A stretch of DNA of 64,000 bases, taken from the NCBI GenBank assembly GCA_964106645.2, contig OZ067040.1; one strand, given 5' to 3'. This document shows positions 11,783-24,975 of the stretch, one piece after another; the stretch's first letter is position 1, and every line of letters begins with the position of its first letter. The notes beneath the pieces were generated by a model. That model made no database searches, had not been told where the DNA came from, and saw only the letters and a list, made by a program, of their open reading frames with translations. This DNA comes from Podarcis pityusensis (lineage: Eukaryota). Made by a program: the position numbers and the translations under genes.

Positions 11783-11920
11783 CATCTGATACTCCTTTTC
11801 TTCCTCTGTCATTTCTGGTTCACTTTGCTCCTCTTGAGGAGCTGGAGAGGGACTTCTACTGACTTTTCCACTACTTGTAGCTTCTACGTTATCAAGATCT
11901 TCATCTTCTTCATCACTATC
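11783..11920 (-). CDS. PNISR: PNISR coding exon
   Basis: DSDEEDEDLDNVEATSSGKVSRSPSPAPQEEQSEPEMTEEEKEYQM. 138 nt, tag/gtatgg boundaries. Confidence 0.96.
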
Positions 11921-12018
11921 CTATAAAAAAAGGGTTATGAAATAGGTTAAAATACGGGTTAGAATTCAATGCAGCATATTACAACTGTTCTGTCAGTGCA
12001 ATAAACTTTTTCACTTAC

Positions 12019-12209
12019 AAATTTACTTTTCTGAGGTAACCGTGGTCCATCTTCTTCTCCTGTGTGAGCATTTTCCTTTTTTTCTTTCTTAGACAACTGA
12101 GAACGCTGCTGCTCCATTCTCTCTTTCTCTAGCTTCTTTTGCTTTTCTCGTTCCATCTTCTCTAGGCCCTCACGAATCCATGCAGGCAGAGTTCGGCGTT
12201 TAACAGCAT
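12019..12209 (-). CDS. PNISR: PNISR coding exon
   Basis: (D)AVKRRTLPAWIREGLEKMEREKQKKLEKERMEQQRSQLSKKEKK...PRLPQKSKF. 191 nt, tag/gtaagt boundaries. Confidence 0.97.
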
Positions 12210-12404
12210 CTAAATATTCATACAGAAAAGTAGTTTCTTAAAAAGGAACCCATTCATTTTCATTTTAAGCTCATCAGATAATGGATGTGTTTGAGGTTTT
12301 TAGGATGTTTCACGGAGAGAAAGCCACTGTAGCTTTCTAATTCTCTTCCTAGGCTAAGCTAGACATTGTGGTGGCAAACACATAAATAGGAGTTGGGATG
12401 TGGC

Positions 12405-12662
12405 TAAGGTAAAGGACCTCTGGACAGTTAAGTCCAGTGAAAGGCGACTATGGGGTTGCAGTGCTCATCTCGCTTTCAGGCCAAGGAAGCCGGCGTTTGT
12501 CCACAGACAGCTTTCTGGGTCATGTGGCCAGCATGACTAAACTGCTTCTGGCGCAACAGAACACCGTGACAGAAACCAGAGTGCATGGAAACGCCTTTTA
12601 CCTTCCCACCACAGCGGTATCTATTTATCTACTTGCACTGGCGTGCTTTTGAACTGCTAGGT
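12405..12662 (-). mobile_element. Sauria SINE, 5'-truncated
   Basis: Reverse complement reads acctagcagttcaaaagcacgccagtgcaagtagataaatag...gtcatgctggccacatgaccc...cctttacc, the Sauria SINE body and 3' end. Confidence 0.9.
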
Positions 12663-12819
12663 GCAAGGGAAATCTCCTGCCCATGCATTTTCTCAGAATT
12701 TCTCTCCTATTGGGGCTCCAAGATCAGCACGCTCAAGCTGTAATAGTACTGTACTGATAACAGGAGCTGGTTCAGCCCAAGGCACTACATTTATTAAAAT
12801 TAATATGATGAGGACATAC

Positions 12820-13006
12820 CGATTTGAGGAGTCTCCTGTTTTGCAGGTAATGTGATAGGTGAACGCTGGCGATCTCTGAATGCTGGCCTCTCCCTTCGAT
12901 TCTGAGGTGGTGCAGGAGGTGCTGGAGGACCTGGAGGGCCTGGTGGTCCAGGCTGCCAGTAAGGTGGATGAAACCCACCTTGAGGTGGACCAAAATTAGC
13001 CCCATG
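12820..13006 (-). CDS. PNISR: PNISR coding exon (Pro-rich)
   Basis: HGANFGPPQGGFHPPYWQPGPPGPPGPPAPPAPPQNRRERPAFRDRQRSPITLPAKQETPQI. 187 nt, cag/gtatgt boundaries. Confidence 0.96.
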
Positions 13007-14692
13007 CTGAAAGAGTAACGAAGCTCATTTTCTTTCAGATCAATGCTTCACATTTCCTAACTTTAATATTTGGTCTGCACAAAAATGCACAGTAGAAAGA
13101 ACCTTACTAAAGTTGAATAGAAGCCCTTTTAATATTTTAAGGGACAGCCTATGTTCTCTGAAATTGACAGTTTCAGAAAAGAAAATTGACTAGTCCTTCT
13201 CATTTCCGAATTCAGAAATAGGAATTTTGCATTACTGTAACACAACATAAATAAACTGGAAAAGTTCCAAGTCCCTTCTGTATTGGATGAGTGTTGGAAG
13301 AGAAGATTTAAGTAGATAAATTAATTATATTAATTGCAACTACAATTATCAGCTTGATTTATAGTTCACAGGAAAGCCACCGTAGCTGCAGTAAGCCAGC
13401 TGCTAGTTTGGGATATAAAGTAAAGAAACATAACATCTAAGTTTCTTTCTTTTTAAATCATACTTGCCCCCTGGTTATGAGAGTTGTAAATTAGTTTATG
13501 CTATCTCTGTTCTAAGGAATGGTGTGGGTTTTTGGCTGCCTCTTACTGTTTAATTTCATTTTAATTTAATAGTTTAATACTTTAATATTTTTGTAAGCTG
13601 CCTAGGGAAACTATATAAATGTGATATGTGCGAGAACAATCTGCATAGCAATTTCTGCGTCAATCTCAGTCCCAAAAATTCAATGTGTACTTTTTTATTT
13701 GTGTGTAGAGCTTCAGCTGACCAATCTAACAATTACATTAAAGTCTGAGGCATTTTTTTCAATTAAAAAAGGCCAGGGGGAAAAACTTGTAATATCTACA
13801 TCTAATAAGAATGTGGGGATTTAACACAGAAGTGAAAAAGGAAAAAGAAAGAGCACTGAAAGAGTCATTCTCCACTGATGTTTACTTAAAAAAATCATTT
13901 ACAACTTCATATTTGACTGCCATATATCATACTTTATAACACTGTATAACATCGACACACTGTTTATAATGGTAATTCAGAAAAGTGTAGGCTTGTTTAA
14001 GTGCCACTGAAATGAATGGAACTTGGCACTTCCTCTGAAAAACCTAATCTAGAAAGCCCACACAGACTCAAAAGGATAAATGTGCACAGCGGTCCACACT
14101 GCTCACTTCAATCCACACACCTAAAGAAATATACACTTCCAGTAAAATGAATGGAGATGCTTTTTCAGGTAGAGGTGTTCCTTGCACATACTGGGACTCT
14201 TGCCCAGGAAAAATAACACAACCAGAGTAAATGGCTCTAATTTTGGCCAGTTCTACACTTCTAAATTACAGTATTTCAGAGAAGCTTAGTTGTGTGCAGG
14301 AGCGCAGAATTCATTTTGGAAACTGATATTGTGGGCATAATTCACCTTTATGAATCAAATCAAACTGGCGAGAGGTGGAAAAGAAATACTAAATCATCTA
14401 GGCTATCTTTCTAAACAGGCGGTTCCTTCTCAGAATACACTTGCTCATGTATTTAAGCATTTTGTTTTCTTTCCTATTTTTCTCTTTTACACAAAACTTA
14501 TTGCATTGGAAAACGAGGTGTTTTAACAACCAAATTATAAAGAGGTGTTCACAATGCAGGTGGTTTGCAGATGACAAATTGTATCTGAGCAAACAATAAA
14601 ACTTGTGGATTCTGTTGAAAATCAGCACTAGAGGCACAACTCCGTGGAATGGGCTCTGCATGCTTACAATATTTAAGCAAGAAATGTTTCAC

Positions 14693-14919
14693 CTGATAGT
14701 CAAACTGGTTCACTGGGCCCATTGCAAAGTTATCAGGTGGTGGTCCCCCAAAGTTGTGATTATTCTGACTAAATATATGCCTGTTGTCAGGGGCAAATTC
14801 CCCACTGTCCTGACTGTTGCTGTCTTCCGATGGAGGAACAATATCCATTGGGCCTGGTGCTGGAGGAATCCATGGCTGCTCTGGAGGTGGATGAGGGGGT
14901 TGGTGGGGCACGCTCCAGT
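14693..14919 (-). CDS. PNISR: PNISR coding exon
   Basis: (D)WSVPHQPPHPPPEQPWIPPAPGPMDIVPPSEDSNSQDSGEFAPDNRHIF...GPVNQFDYQ. 227 nt, cag/gtgaaa boundaries. Confidence 0.96.
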
Positions 14920-15836
14920 CTGTTTGGATTTAAAATCAAAATGTTAACAACTCATTCTTTCCATTTCTTCTCTTGAGACTTTCAAAATAAAATCTTTAAT
15001 GTAAAATACACACAAATATATACCTTAATAAAGCTATCATTCATTGTTTGTGTCCAGACTATCACTGATATTCCTTCTTGATTTTTGTCTGCTGGCTAAA
15101 TATACCATGAAATCAACCAAAATCAGGATGATCTTGTGTTTCATCATCCATAACATACTAAGAGCTAGTTGTGGACTTGAAAAAGGATCATGAAACAAGC
15201 CAGTGAGGAAGAACACTGTTCTTGGCTAGTTTATCCAAGTAGCTTACCATTTCCGTTAGCATATAGCTGTACTAGGCACACAGGCAGAACTGGGGACGGG
15301 GGGGACGGGGACGACTTTCAACTATACATTTCCATACTGTATCCTTTAACCAGCCTAATTTGAAATACATTTAAGAGTTTGTGAAACTGAAAAATCCTTC
15401 GTGTACATTAAGCAATGTACCATAAGTACATTTGTACCATTTTAACAAATAAAGTTAGCCCATTTGAAGCATAGACGAAGAACAGCAGCAACTGCTGAAA
15501 AAGCACCAGACTTGCTGGTATGAAAGTCTGTGTATGAAATGCCTGTGAGGAAATAGAAAACATTTTGATCTATAGATTGCTATCTGACCAGAACCTGAAT
15601 CTGACTACAGCTGGCTGATTAAGGCAGCATCTAGGAGCGTATCACAGAGCACTACAAAGGGCAGAACTATATGCTCTAATTTACATTCTGTGCATTAACA
15701 GAGAAAATAATTCAAAGCCAATGAGGTTTGGATCTTGCAGTCAACTTGCCTTTTCCAAGGATGCTCCAGGCTTAGAAAGATAGAGCATATCAGTGTTAGA
15801 ATCCAAAAGCAAAGAGGAAAGTATTAAAAAACAAAC

Positions 15837-16022
15837 CTGGCTGCCACATTCTGTTGAAGTTTGGATCACCCTGAAAGTTGCCATGGTTGTTTGGACCAGG
15901 CTCCATGCCTGTCATCTCCTGGCCATTTGGCATCATCCCTTGCTGTTCCACTACACTCTGCTGCCCTGAAGCTTCTCGCTGAGCAATCCATGCTTGAGCT
16001 AATGCTGCCCAGTCAATTTGGC
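15837..16022 (-). CDS. PNISR: PNISR coding exon
   Basis: (S)QIDWAALAQAWIAQREASGQQSVVEQQGMMPNGQEMTGMEPGPNNHGNFQGDPNFNRMWQP. 186 nt, tag/gtttgt boundaries. Confidence 0.96.
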
Positions 16023-16243
16023 CTAGAAATAAAATTAGATTTTCAACGTACAGATTTCCATGGCAGAATTAGGAAGACATATTTATCAAGCCTATCAGAA
16101 CAGCACCTTATTCACATGTCATAGGAAGTATATTAAAAGCTTCCTTTTAAAAGTGTCCTTCACATAATTTATATGCATTAATCCAAGACTATTTTCTGTT
16201 TCAAATAAGGCAAATAATCATTAGATTTAGGCTGTAATCCTAT

Positions 16244-16333
16244 GTTGTTGTTGTTGTTTAGTCGTTTAGTCATGTCCGACTCTTTGTGACCCCATGGACC
16301 AGAGCACGCCAGGCACTCCTGTCTTCCACCGCC
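16244..16333 (-). mobile_element. BovB (RTE) LINE 3'-terminal fragment
   Basis: (CAA)n tail and BovB 3' end, near-identical to the 25081 copy. Flanked by a tcctat duplication. Confidence 0.85.
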
Positions 16334-17446
16334 TCCTATATACACACACATAGAAATGAGCCCCAGTGAACACAGTGGGACTTCCTTCTTAAGACTGCAC
16401 CTTAAGACTACCAAAACAGTTCATTGTCCTATCACAGTTTCATCCAATCCTCCATTTCAAAAATATCTAATAAACAGAATTTGTCAGCTGTATTCAGAGA
16501 ATGAAACCTGTACTGGTACTAATACTCCAGTTGCTATAATGCACATACATATTTAGCATGCATGCTTAAGCTTCAATGGATTTAGTGAAACTTATTTCTG
16601 AATATGTAGGAATGGGCTGCACCCCTGCAATCCTGAACACACGCCAATTTTAATGGGATTTAAAGATTTAAGCAGTCTACATGAAGGCTTGCAGCCTAAA
16701 AGGTTCAAATCAGCATCACACTGAAGTCAAGGGGGAAACTGCTGATGGATTTAAGTGGATGTGGTATGCGCCCATTTTTAATTGCAGCCTATCTTCTTTC
16801 TCCCATCTCCCAGAAGCTTTTTTTGGGGGGGGGGGGATACTTTTCAGCCAGACAACCTAAATTTACTATCATTTTCAAGGCTGAAAGTTGCAATATTATT
16901 TTTGTGTACCCATGTTACCCAAGTAGGATTCATTGTAAGTATTCTAGTAGAGCCTGGGTCTTTAGTTAGTGCATTCTGATCTAATTGAGGGGTGCTGGTG
17001 CTGACCATAATAGTTTTAAAACACTATAACAAATTGTCAACCAACCTACTTCAAGTCAACATACAAGAAATCAAAAGATAGCAAATAAAATACTAACAGT
17101 TGTATTCAACCTAGTGTTACATGTACAAGGTTTTCCACTTGTGCAATGGGATTCTCACCCTCTCGCCTTCCCTTGCCTCCCCAATTTATTACAGGGGTTC
17201 CCTCAATTTTCTGCAGATTTGGGGAGGCTGTGGGGTGCACGCAGTGGAAGATAGAGGGAGAAAGTTTTGTTGTGCTAATGAGAATCCTTGCACTGGTGGG
17301 ACATGTTAGTTGCATGCTGCACTATGGAACAGATTAGCTTGATTAATTCTGTAGCAGGTGAAAGATCATGTCCTCGTCAAATTCCTAAAATGCTAATTGC
17401 TGTGCTAGCTTTTATCTTGAAAGCACTTTTCCAGCTATTCACTTAC

Positions 17447-17534
17447 TTGGATCTTGCTGGTGCTGAAATGACTGCATCCATTGCTGCTGATTCAAAGGCC
17501 ACTGTTGCCAAGGCTGTCCGCTTTGATCCCACAT
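17447..17534 (-). CDS. PNISR: PNISR first coding exon (exon extends to acceptor at 17553)
   Basis: MWDQSGQPWQQWPLNQQQWMQSFQHQQDP(S). 88 coding nt, gtaagt donor. Confidence 0.97.
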
Positions 17535-18732
17535 CTTTAGTTCTTTATATATTCTACATTAAATAAAAAATAACAGTTGATGTTCGAGTTGAAGCTTCAT
17601 GTGTTTAGAGTCATTTAACTCTTTCAAAAGTCACAAATTATATTTTAAAATAAAATTAACTACCCAAACATTATCTCAAACAGATCAGGTAGCATTTCCA
17701 TTTTGTTCCAATTCCTGGTAGCATCCAGAAACACTTATATGCCAGACAATTGCAAATAACAGAATTGCCATTTCATATTGCAGGACTGTCATCAGTTGAG
17801 AAACAAGTAAACACTTCCTGAACTTTACACTTTCAGAAAACTGGTCAATTTAGATATTACATGAATTCCTAACAAAATTGTGAAGGAGAGTGAAACAACA
17901 ATAAACACTTTTGGGAAATAAATATATTGTGAAAAGATGTCTAGAAGAGTTGCCAAATCACAGGCATTGGCCCAGAAGTGCCTTCCAAAGAACCCCTGTC
18001 AAGAAAGATTAATTTAGTCTCTGTGACTAGACAGGTGATAACAAAAGTGTTCTCAAAGCACACTATGACTTTGAAGTGGCAACAAAAGCTAATTAATTAT
18101 TGAGACTATAATGTATTATCATTTGCTTAAATAAAACTGCTACTGGGCGGGGTGGGGTGGGGCATAGACCAGAAAGCTATCGATATGCTTAAGAGACATG
18201 TTCCTTAGAAATACTTCTGGATACTACTGAAACATTCCTACTAAGTAGGATTCAACAAATATTTGTAACAAGATTATTACAATTTCAAAAATGAAATTAT
18301 TATTATTATTTTGTTGTAAATATTACACAAACACAGACAAACTCATAACATGGGAAAGTGTAACTTCCTTCCGTACAATTCTATGAACGCTACCCTAAGG
18401 AGTGGAAACTACTGAAGGAAATGCATATTTCTATTCTCCCAAGCAAACATGCTGGACCACTTTTTCTCATTACCAGTCTGCTTGATCACTAAGGTCAGCA
18501 TCTGAGGCTCTTTCCCATGTGCTTCAATGCTGTATAGTAAGGCATGTGGCTACCAAGCACAAAAAGAGAACCGCCTGTTCACTGTTCACATGGCACCAAA
18601 TATTTCACACACACCCTTCCAATCTTCCAACATATTTATTACACTCCACTGATTTTTTGATTTTTTTATTATTGTATTTAGGTGTTACATTACAGTATTG
18701 AAATAAATTGTTGTATTATTTTCTAGGCTAAA

Positions 18733-18853
18733 GGGACGCGGGTGGCGCTGTGGGTAAAACCTCAGTGCCTAGGACTTGCCGATCGCATGGTCGGCGGTTC
18801 GAATCCCCGTGGCGGGGTGAGCTCCCGTCTTTCGGTCCCAGCTCCTGCCCAGC
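18733..18853 (+). mobile_element. Sauria SINE 5' part (tRNA-derived head), 3'-truncated
   Basis: gggacgcgggtggcgctgtggg...ggttcgaatcccc (pol III A/B boxes). Confidence 0.9.
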
Positions 18854-19366
18854 TGCTCTGGGAATATATCCAGCATGGAAGGTGCTTGATATACATCTTT
18901 GAAATTATTATATACTGGATACGAAGAACCATGAACAAGAGATTTGAAAAACAGCTTCCACAAAAATTCATATATAATAACAGGCATGGGGAGGAATTCA
19001 ACACCATACAGTAATGTGATTTGTCTTGCCAGATGGAATGCTCCCCTCTAACACCCCTCAGCCAATTTTGGGGGGCACACAGTGGAGAGAGGGAGCCCTG
19101 TTGCACAAGCAGAAGTCCTTGCATGGGGCTTTCACTGATGAGACTCATTCATATGTTGAATCCCACCCTTGGTTTATACTATAGCAGTTCAGATGCATCC
19201 ACTAGGAGGCTGCAGAAGCTCTTGTGCAAGCAGGTGAATTTACTTTTACTTTCTTTGCACAGCATTCCAGTGTGAGATGGAAGATAATCTTTCCATAAAC
19301 AGTAGGAAGCCATCTTCAAATCCAATCACTTGGTTTTGCCTTCAGTGTTTCACAGAAGCCCTATAG

Positions 19367-19503
19367 CAGGAGTAGTCAATGTGGTGCCCTCCAGTTGTTG
19401 TCAGACTGCAACTCCCATCAACCTGACCATTGGCTATAATGGTTGGGACTAATAGGAGCTGAAGTTCAACAATGTCTGGAGGGCACCACTTTGCCTACCC
19501 CTG
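19367..19503. mobile_element. Non-autonomous hAT-type MITE
   Basis: Terminal cagg...cctg, internal inverted arms (gtggtgccctccag/ctggagggcaccac), 8-bp TSD ccctatag/ccctagag. Relatives at ~20702-20838, ~42125-42250, ~42810-42947 and ~49255-49390. Confidence 0.8.
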
Positions 19504-20120
19504 CCCTAGAGTATTAGGGTACTAATCTACATGCTTTATTAAGACTGGATTTGTTTCCACTTGACTGAATAGGAAATACTTTACTTTACTAGATCTAGAC
19601 ATATTGTCCCTTCATGACCTATCCCTTCCATCTTTTGCCTTGTTTCTGAATGCCTTGCTCTTCTGGTGCAGCTAAGATACAATATTCCAGGCTTGAATTT
19701 TACAAGGGGGAACCCCAATTCCTTCTGATGCAGTTGGATTTAGAATCTAGAAATATGCTAATGTTCAAACCATTCATATAAATTAAGACATGACCTATAG
19801 TTTCTGGGATTTTTAAACTTTTTGAACAAACAGAAGTGACAACAAACAATCCTACGATCATCTAGTATACAAGAAAAGTTATGCCATTATATATTTACAC
19901 ATAAAATGTCTCACAGAACTATAAAATAGGTCTCTCCTTCATAAGCATTGTTGAATTCCAAATGATGTGAAATTTGAAATACTAGAACTCCTTCCGCTGG
20001 CTTACCAATTTCCAAAGTAAATTCTAAAAGATTGCTATTGCCTAGTTTTTATTATGTTTTAATCCATTAGAGACCAATATCTTACACATATTAAGAAAAA
20101 CAATTATATTTAATGGAATG

Positions 20121-20167
20121 TTGTTGTTGTTATTTAGTCGTGTTCGACTCTTCGTGACCCCATGGAC
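20121..20167 (-). mobile_element. Ultra-short BovB 3'-end insertion (~47 bp)
   Basis: ttgttgttgttatttagtcgtgttcgactcttcgtgaccccatggac flanked by TSD taatggaatg/taatgaaatg. Confidence 0.8.
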
Positions 20168-22949
20168 TAATGAAATGTACTTCCTAATAATTTTGGAAAA
20201 ATATTTTACTATATTTTTCTTTATCAGAGCATTCCAAACATAAATGAAAAAGTTGCCTTTTGATTCTTGCCTTCTCCTCTATTCCCCTACTCTTCTTAGT
20301 ATATAATTTCCAAGTGGAAAGTGTCAGTACAGAACCACTGAAAAGCAACACTCTATCTTGCATGCGGCCCCAATTCTCATACATTCAGCTGAGATGGCAC
20401 TGCAACAGAATAATGATGAATGAGTGGCACAAGACCACCCTCTCCTCCATGTATAACTGGCTCATCTACTTAAGTTTGCATGGTGACATATTAATGTGAC
20501 TTTATCCCTTCAAAAAGCAGGGGGAGCTCACAAGTCAAATGGGCATATGCGGAGAGCCAAGTTCGCACTAGAGACTGTTTATGTGTAGGTGAGGAGCAGC
20601 CGACATTGGTCCTCCACGGCTAAACTATTTTAACATGAGCCAGACAGTAAGTTTTCATCTATAAATATTCCCAAAATATGAATCATTTTCTTCTTCTGTA
20701 CTAGATGTAGGGAAGCTTTCACCCTCCAGAAGTTGCTGAACTACTACTTCCATCATCCTTAGCCATTGGTCATGCTTGCAGTGTTGATGAGAGTTCTAGT
20801 TCAGCAACACCTGGAGGCCCAAAGGTTCTCCACATCTGTTCTAGATATTCTACCATTTGTACATGCATTATTTTTCAGTGTTCTAAAAAATGATGCAATT
20901 GATACCTTTTTGATCTCAAATGCTTTACTTCTATTAATAAAAGTTTCAAAATTATTATTTCTGCCTTTGAACTTGCATCCCCAAGCTGGCTACCTACTCT
21001 CAGCAGATGGGAATATATGTGTAATTTCAGTAAAGGACTGAAAACAGATGACGAGAACATACTAAACATACATGACTCCAACACAATCTAACATATGTAC
21101 TCTATATAGAAGAGGCTGCAATTTCCTATTTGTTACTAGTACCATGCTACATATGTTTCACTAAGATCTTCAATAGGTGCTCCCATCATCTGAGGTGCAA
21201 CAGGTGGCTAAAGAAAACAACCTACTTATTTTTCTTACAATTGGAGTGGATAGCCCTCCAATTGTAGAATGCTGTACCCAGGGAGCATTGCCTGAAAACG
21301 CCTGTAATTTCATGAGTAAGCAAATACCTATTTTCTGTTCAAGCCTTTTAATCCTATCTACATTACTTTTATGCTTTGGTTTGCTTTTATGCTGTTTGTT
21401 TATTCTATGGCTTTTTAATGTTTTTAATTTTAATCTTTTATAAACTATCCTGGAAAACCGGAGAACAGATTTGACCTGAACTAAAATCTATTTAATGGAA
21501 AACACTATTTCCCCTAATTCTCAGACACCAGTTTGACTACACAGGATCATATGCAACAAGATACCTTCCTCGATTTCAGGCATTTAACAGATATATTTTA
21601 CTTTTAAAGCCAAACTGGTCCTTTATATTTTATATTTATATTTCTTTAACTAATATCATATGCCTTGTATATGTCTATTTTGTCCTCTATTAAGCACATT
21701 GAAAATTCCAACAAGCAAAATGTTGCTGAGAAGCCATTAAGAGCATTCCCAGAACACCCATCACAGTATAACTATGTCAGCTCCCAAAAATAAACTGCAA
21801 TTGGCAAAAATGTGGCCAAGGCTGATGTATGATTTTGCTGAAAAGTAAACTTGGGTGCAGATGTTTCACGCATTAGGTGTGTGAAGTTATTCACTGAAGT
21901 TCAAGCTTCAATGATTTCCAGAAGTGCAGCAAAGCCTTCCTGTCTGGAGTTTTGACACCCATGTGGTAATTTTAATTTCTAAATATTTTAACTAGGTAGT
22001 CTGTTTTTACTTTATTTTCTTGAGCTGCTATTATTCATCCCAAACCTTTCAAAAGAGGTGGGACTTAAAACAAAAATAATTATTTAGACAATGGCTGGTA
22101 CAGAGAGACATCTGGATGTTATCAACATAGACTACCCACCAGTGAATTTTTGACTATCAGAGTATTTCAGTTTTCAGTGTATGTTGAGAAGTGTATGAAG
22201 TTGATAAGTATGTTTTAGTACCTTAGTTTCCCACCATAACCCCACTTATCTAGAAGTCTTATTGAATACAATAAGACCTACTTCTGAGCAGACTACGTTA
22301 GAATTAAGTTATCAAAATAGCTGTATGATTTGAACACTATATGTTAGCATGGACAAGATAAGTCCTTTTGTACATATTCCTGAACACTGCATTCTACATG
22401 CATTTCCATCAATAATGTAACTGGTTCCATGCATACTGAAGCTTCTTTTCCATGAAATATTTACACTCAGGCCACCCAGAGTTGGTATACAGTGGGGACT
22501 AAGAACTGTCAACTGTGAATTCCCTGTTTAAAATCTCAAAGCCATTAACTCAGCTGGTAGCATTCAGCAAAATTGCTACTCTCTCTTTCCTCCTCTTCCC
22601 ATCTACAATGTCAGAATACTCTCCTACATTACAGAATCTTTATTAGGATTACTTAGATAGTGCATGTAAAACCACTTGAACTGCTGAAATAATCTGTATA
22701 TAAAAGCTTAGTTCCCACCCCAATTTTTTGTGTACACAATCACAGATTTTACTGCTGTGAAGCAAAATGAAGTAGAGTGTTTCAGTTAGCACACATGCTT
22801 TCATAGCAAAAATGTGAAAGGCTGCAAATTACCGGTAATCCTAACCATGATAATCTTTTATTTATTTCATTTATAGTTCAACTTTCTTCCATCATGGAAC
22901 CCAAATCATTATACAGAAAGTTCCCAGACTGTCTCCCATCCCGGCACTG

Positions 22950-23300
22950 ATTATTTATTGCGTTTATATCCCACGCTTACTCCCCAAGGGACCCAGGCAG
23001 GCAAATAAGATACACAACTTAAAAACAAAAAGCCAAAACATCCTGAAAACAATCAGTTATAAAATCTCATGTATCAAAATCCAGGGTAAATAGGTGCGTT
23101 TTCAGCATTTGCCAGAAGCTGTATAATGAGGATGCCAGAATAATGAGAAGATAACACAGCTTCAGGGTTACCACAGAAAATATGTTCTGCCACTGCTCCT
23201 CTTTGAGCATCTGGGGGCTAAGGAAACACCAAGGGGGCTCCCCCTCTGCCGATCTGTGCAAGATCCGTGAGGTTAGAGCTGCCTTCCTGAGCCTCAATGC
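22950..23300 (-). mobile_element. Degenerate L2-like fragment
   Basis: tttattgcgtttatatcccac tail motif and diverged L2-like body. Confidence 0.4.
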
Positions 23301-23539
23301 TTGCGGCTAGGCCTCACTAAACTGAACAATGCTTACTGCCAAGTAAACATATGCAGGGTACTGTTGAAAAACATTATCACAGTTCAAATGAATAACTGCA
23401 AGAATTTGACAAACATTTTTGGGCCAGAATATTATGTAGCGAAGTATGAACTGCTTTACACGAGGGGAAAACCCACTTAGCTTAAAAAGCATCTATCCCC
23501 ATTAGGGCAACTATCAGCCAGTAATCCTATATCATAAAA

Positions 23540-24620
23540 ACGCCTATCGAGCCAATGGGCGTGACTGACTCCATCCCTTCCCTCCAGGCACCACGAGCAA
23601 CAAAACCACCACCGGCCCCAAACGTCAAACCCCATATATTTCATTCCGATCAACCGGGAGCGCACCGGCGCATGCGCATTATGGATTCGTAACGGGTTTT
23701 AATCTCAACCCGCCCGTTCAGTACCACAGCTAGGACAACGGCGCATGCGCAAAAGGGGGTGGGTACGTGAGGGGTGGGGGAAAGAGAACCTCGAGAAAAA
23801 GGGTTACGTGCAGTAAATAAGCGCCCGCTGCGAGTCAACCACTGTGGGGGAATCGAGAAGGGCGAATCCCTCCACGCTTCTTCACATGGGCCCAGAGGGC
23901 AGACCCCTCCCCGCCCCCACCTTCTCAACCGCCCCGGCTGCTGGGACAACAGCGCCGAGCCCTGGCGCGCCCCCTGACGGCGAAGGGAAAGGCGCCCCAG
24001 TCCTTCGGCGGCGTCGAGCGTCTTTTCAACGGCAGCCGCCCTGTGGGCCGTTACTCACCCCCTCCCGCTCCTTCCCCGCCGACCGGCGGCACTAGCAGCT
24101 CTTGGGCTGCCTCCGTCTCTCCGGTAGGCTTTTTCCCCGAACCACACAAAATGGCGCCCGCTAGGACTCACCCGGAACAGAAACTCACGTCACTGGAACC
24201 CGCTGGAGAAAGCGGTCCGACCGCCATCTTTGATAAGGGCAGACGCGGCGCCTGAGACTCCCTTAACGAGAAGTGGGCGGGGGGGGGTTAGCCATTTAGG
24301 GGCTAAAAAAACCCCACTACTGACGAGAGAATACGGGTCCTCCGAAATATATGCTAGGAAGAGGAAAGAGTCCTTTCATGTCTGCTGGTTTTAGTTTCAG
24401 TCTGCTCTTCCCCGCCACCGACACACACCTTTTAGGGTTCGGATAAAGTTTATTTTGCCGGCGCCATTTTTAGGAAGGGCGCAACGCCCTTTCTTCCGCT
24501 CTTGGCATTTCCGCCTCGAGGCGAGGCTTGGGAAGGGCAGTGGCGCGTGCCTGGCGGCTCTAGGTGTGTTCCTGGGTTGCTGGCAAGAAAGCCAGTGGAG
24601 CTGCGCGTGCAGAACGGAGG
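23540..24620 (-). promoter_or_regulatory. CpG-island promoter and non-coding first exon(s) of PNISR
   Basis: CpG-dense. YY1 motifs (ccgccatctt 24221, gcgccatttt 24461, aaaatggcgc 24148), NRF1 palindromes gcgcatgcgc (~23668, ~23741), GC box ~24275. Minus-strand gtgagt donors at 24053-58, 24166-71 and 24183-88. Confidence 0.85.
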
Positions 24621-24720
24621 CTTAGTAAGACCGTTTCACACTTCGAGACTGCTGCGAATAAGGATGAGCCCAGTGGATGGTCCTTGCAAAATTAAGACAT
24701 GCCCCACGCTCCTGTGCATG

Positions 24721-24975
24721 AGAGCCAGTGTGGTGTAGTGGTTAAGAGCGGTAGTCTCGTAATCTGGTGAACTGGGTTCGTGTCTCCGCTCCTCCAAATG
24801 CAGCTGCTGGGTGACCTTGGGCCAGTCACACCTCTTTGAAGTCTCTCAGCCCCACTCACCTCACAGAGTGTTTGTTGTGGGGGAGGAAGGGAAAGGAGAA
24901 TGTTAGCCGCTTTGAGACTCCTTAAAGGGAGTGAAAGGCGGGATATCAAATCCAAACTCTTCTTCTTCTTCTTCT
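24721..24975 (+). mobile_element. tRNA-derived SINE (Squam3-like), full length, young
   Basis: A box tggtgtagtgg, B box gggttcgtgtc, core gggtgaccttgggccagtcac, (CTT)n tail. Confidence 0.85.

Noticed and set aside
12405-18853. Two Sauria SINE halves in opposite orientation with nearly complementary breakpoints (3' half at 12405-12662, 5' half at 18733-18853), suggesting an inversion that split one element
   Set aside because: The intervening segment carries four PNISR exons in correct order, orientation and phase, so it cannot be inverted. The halves also look like different subfamilies. Most likely two independent truncations.
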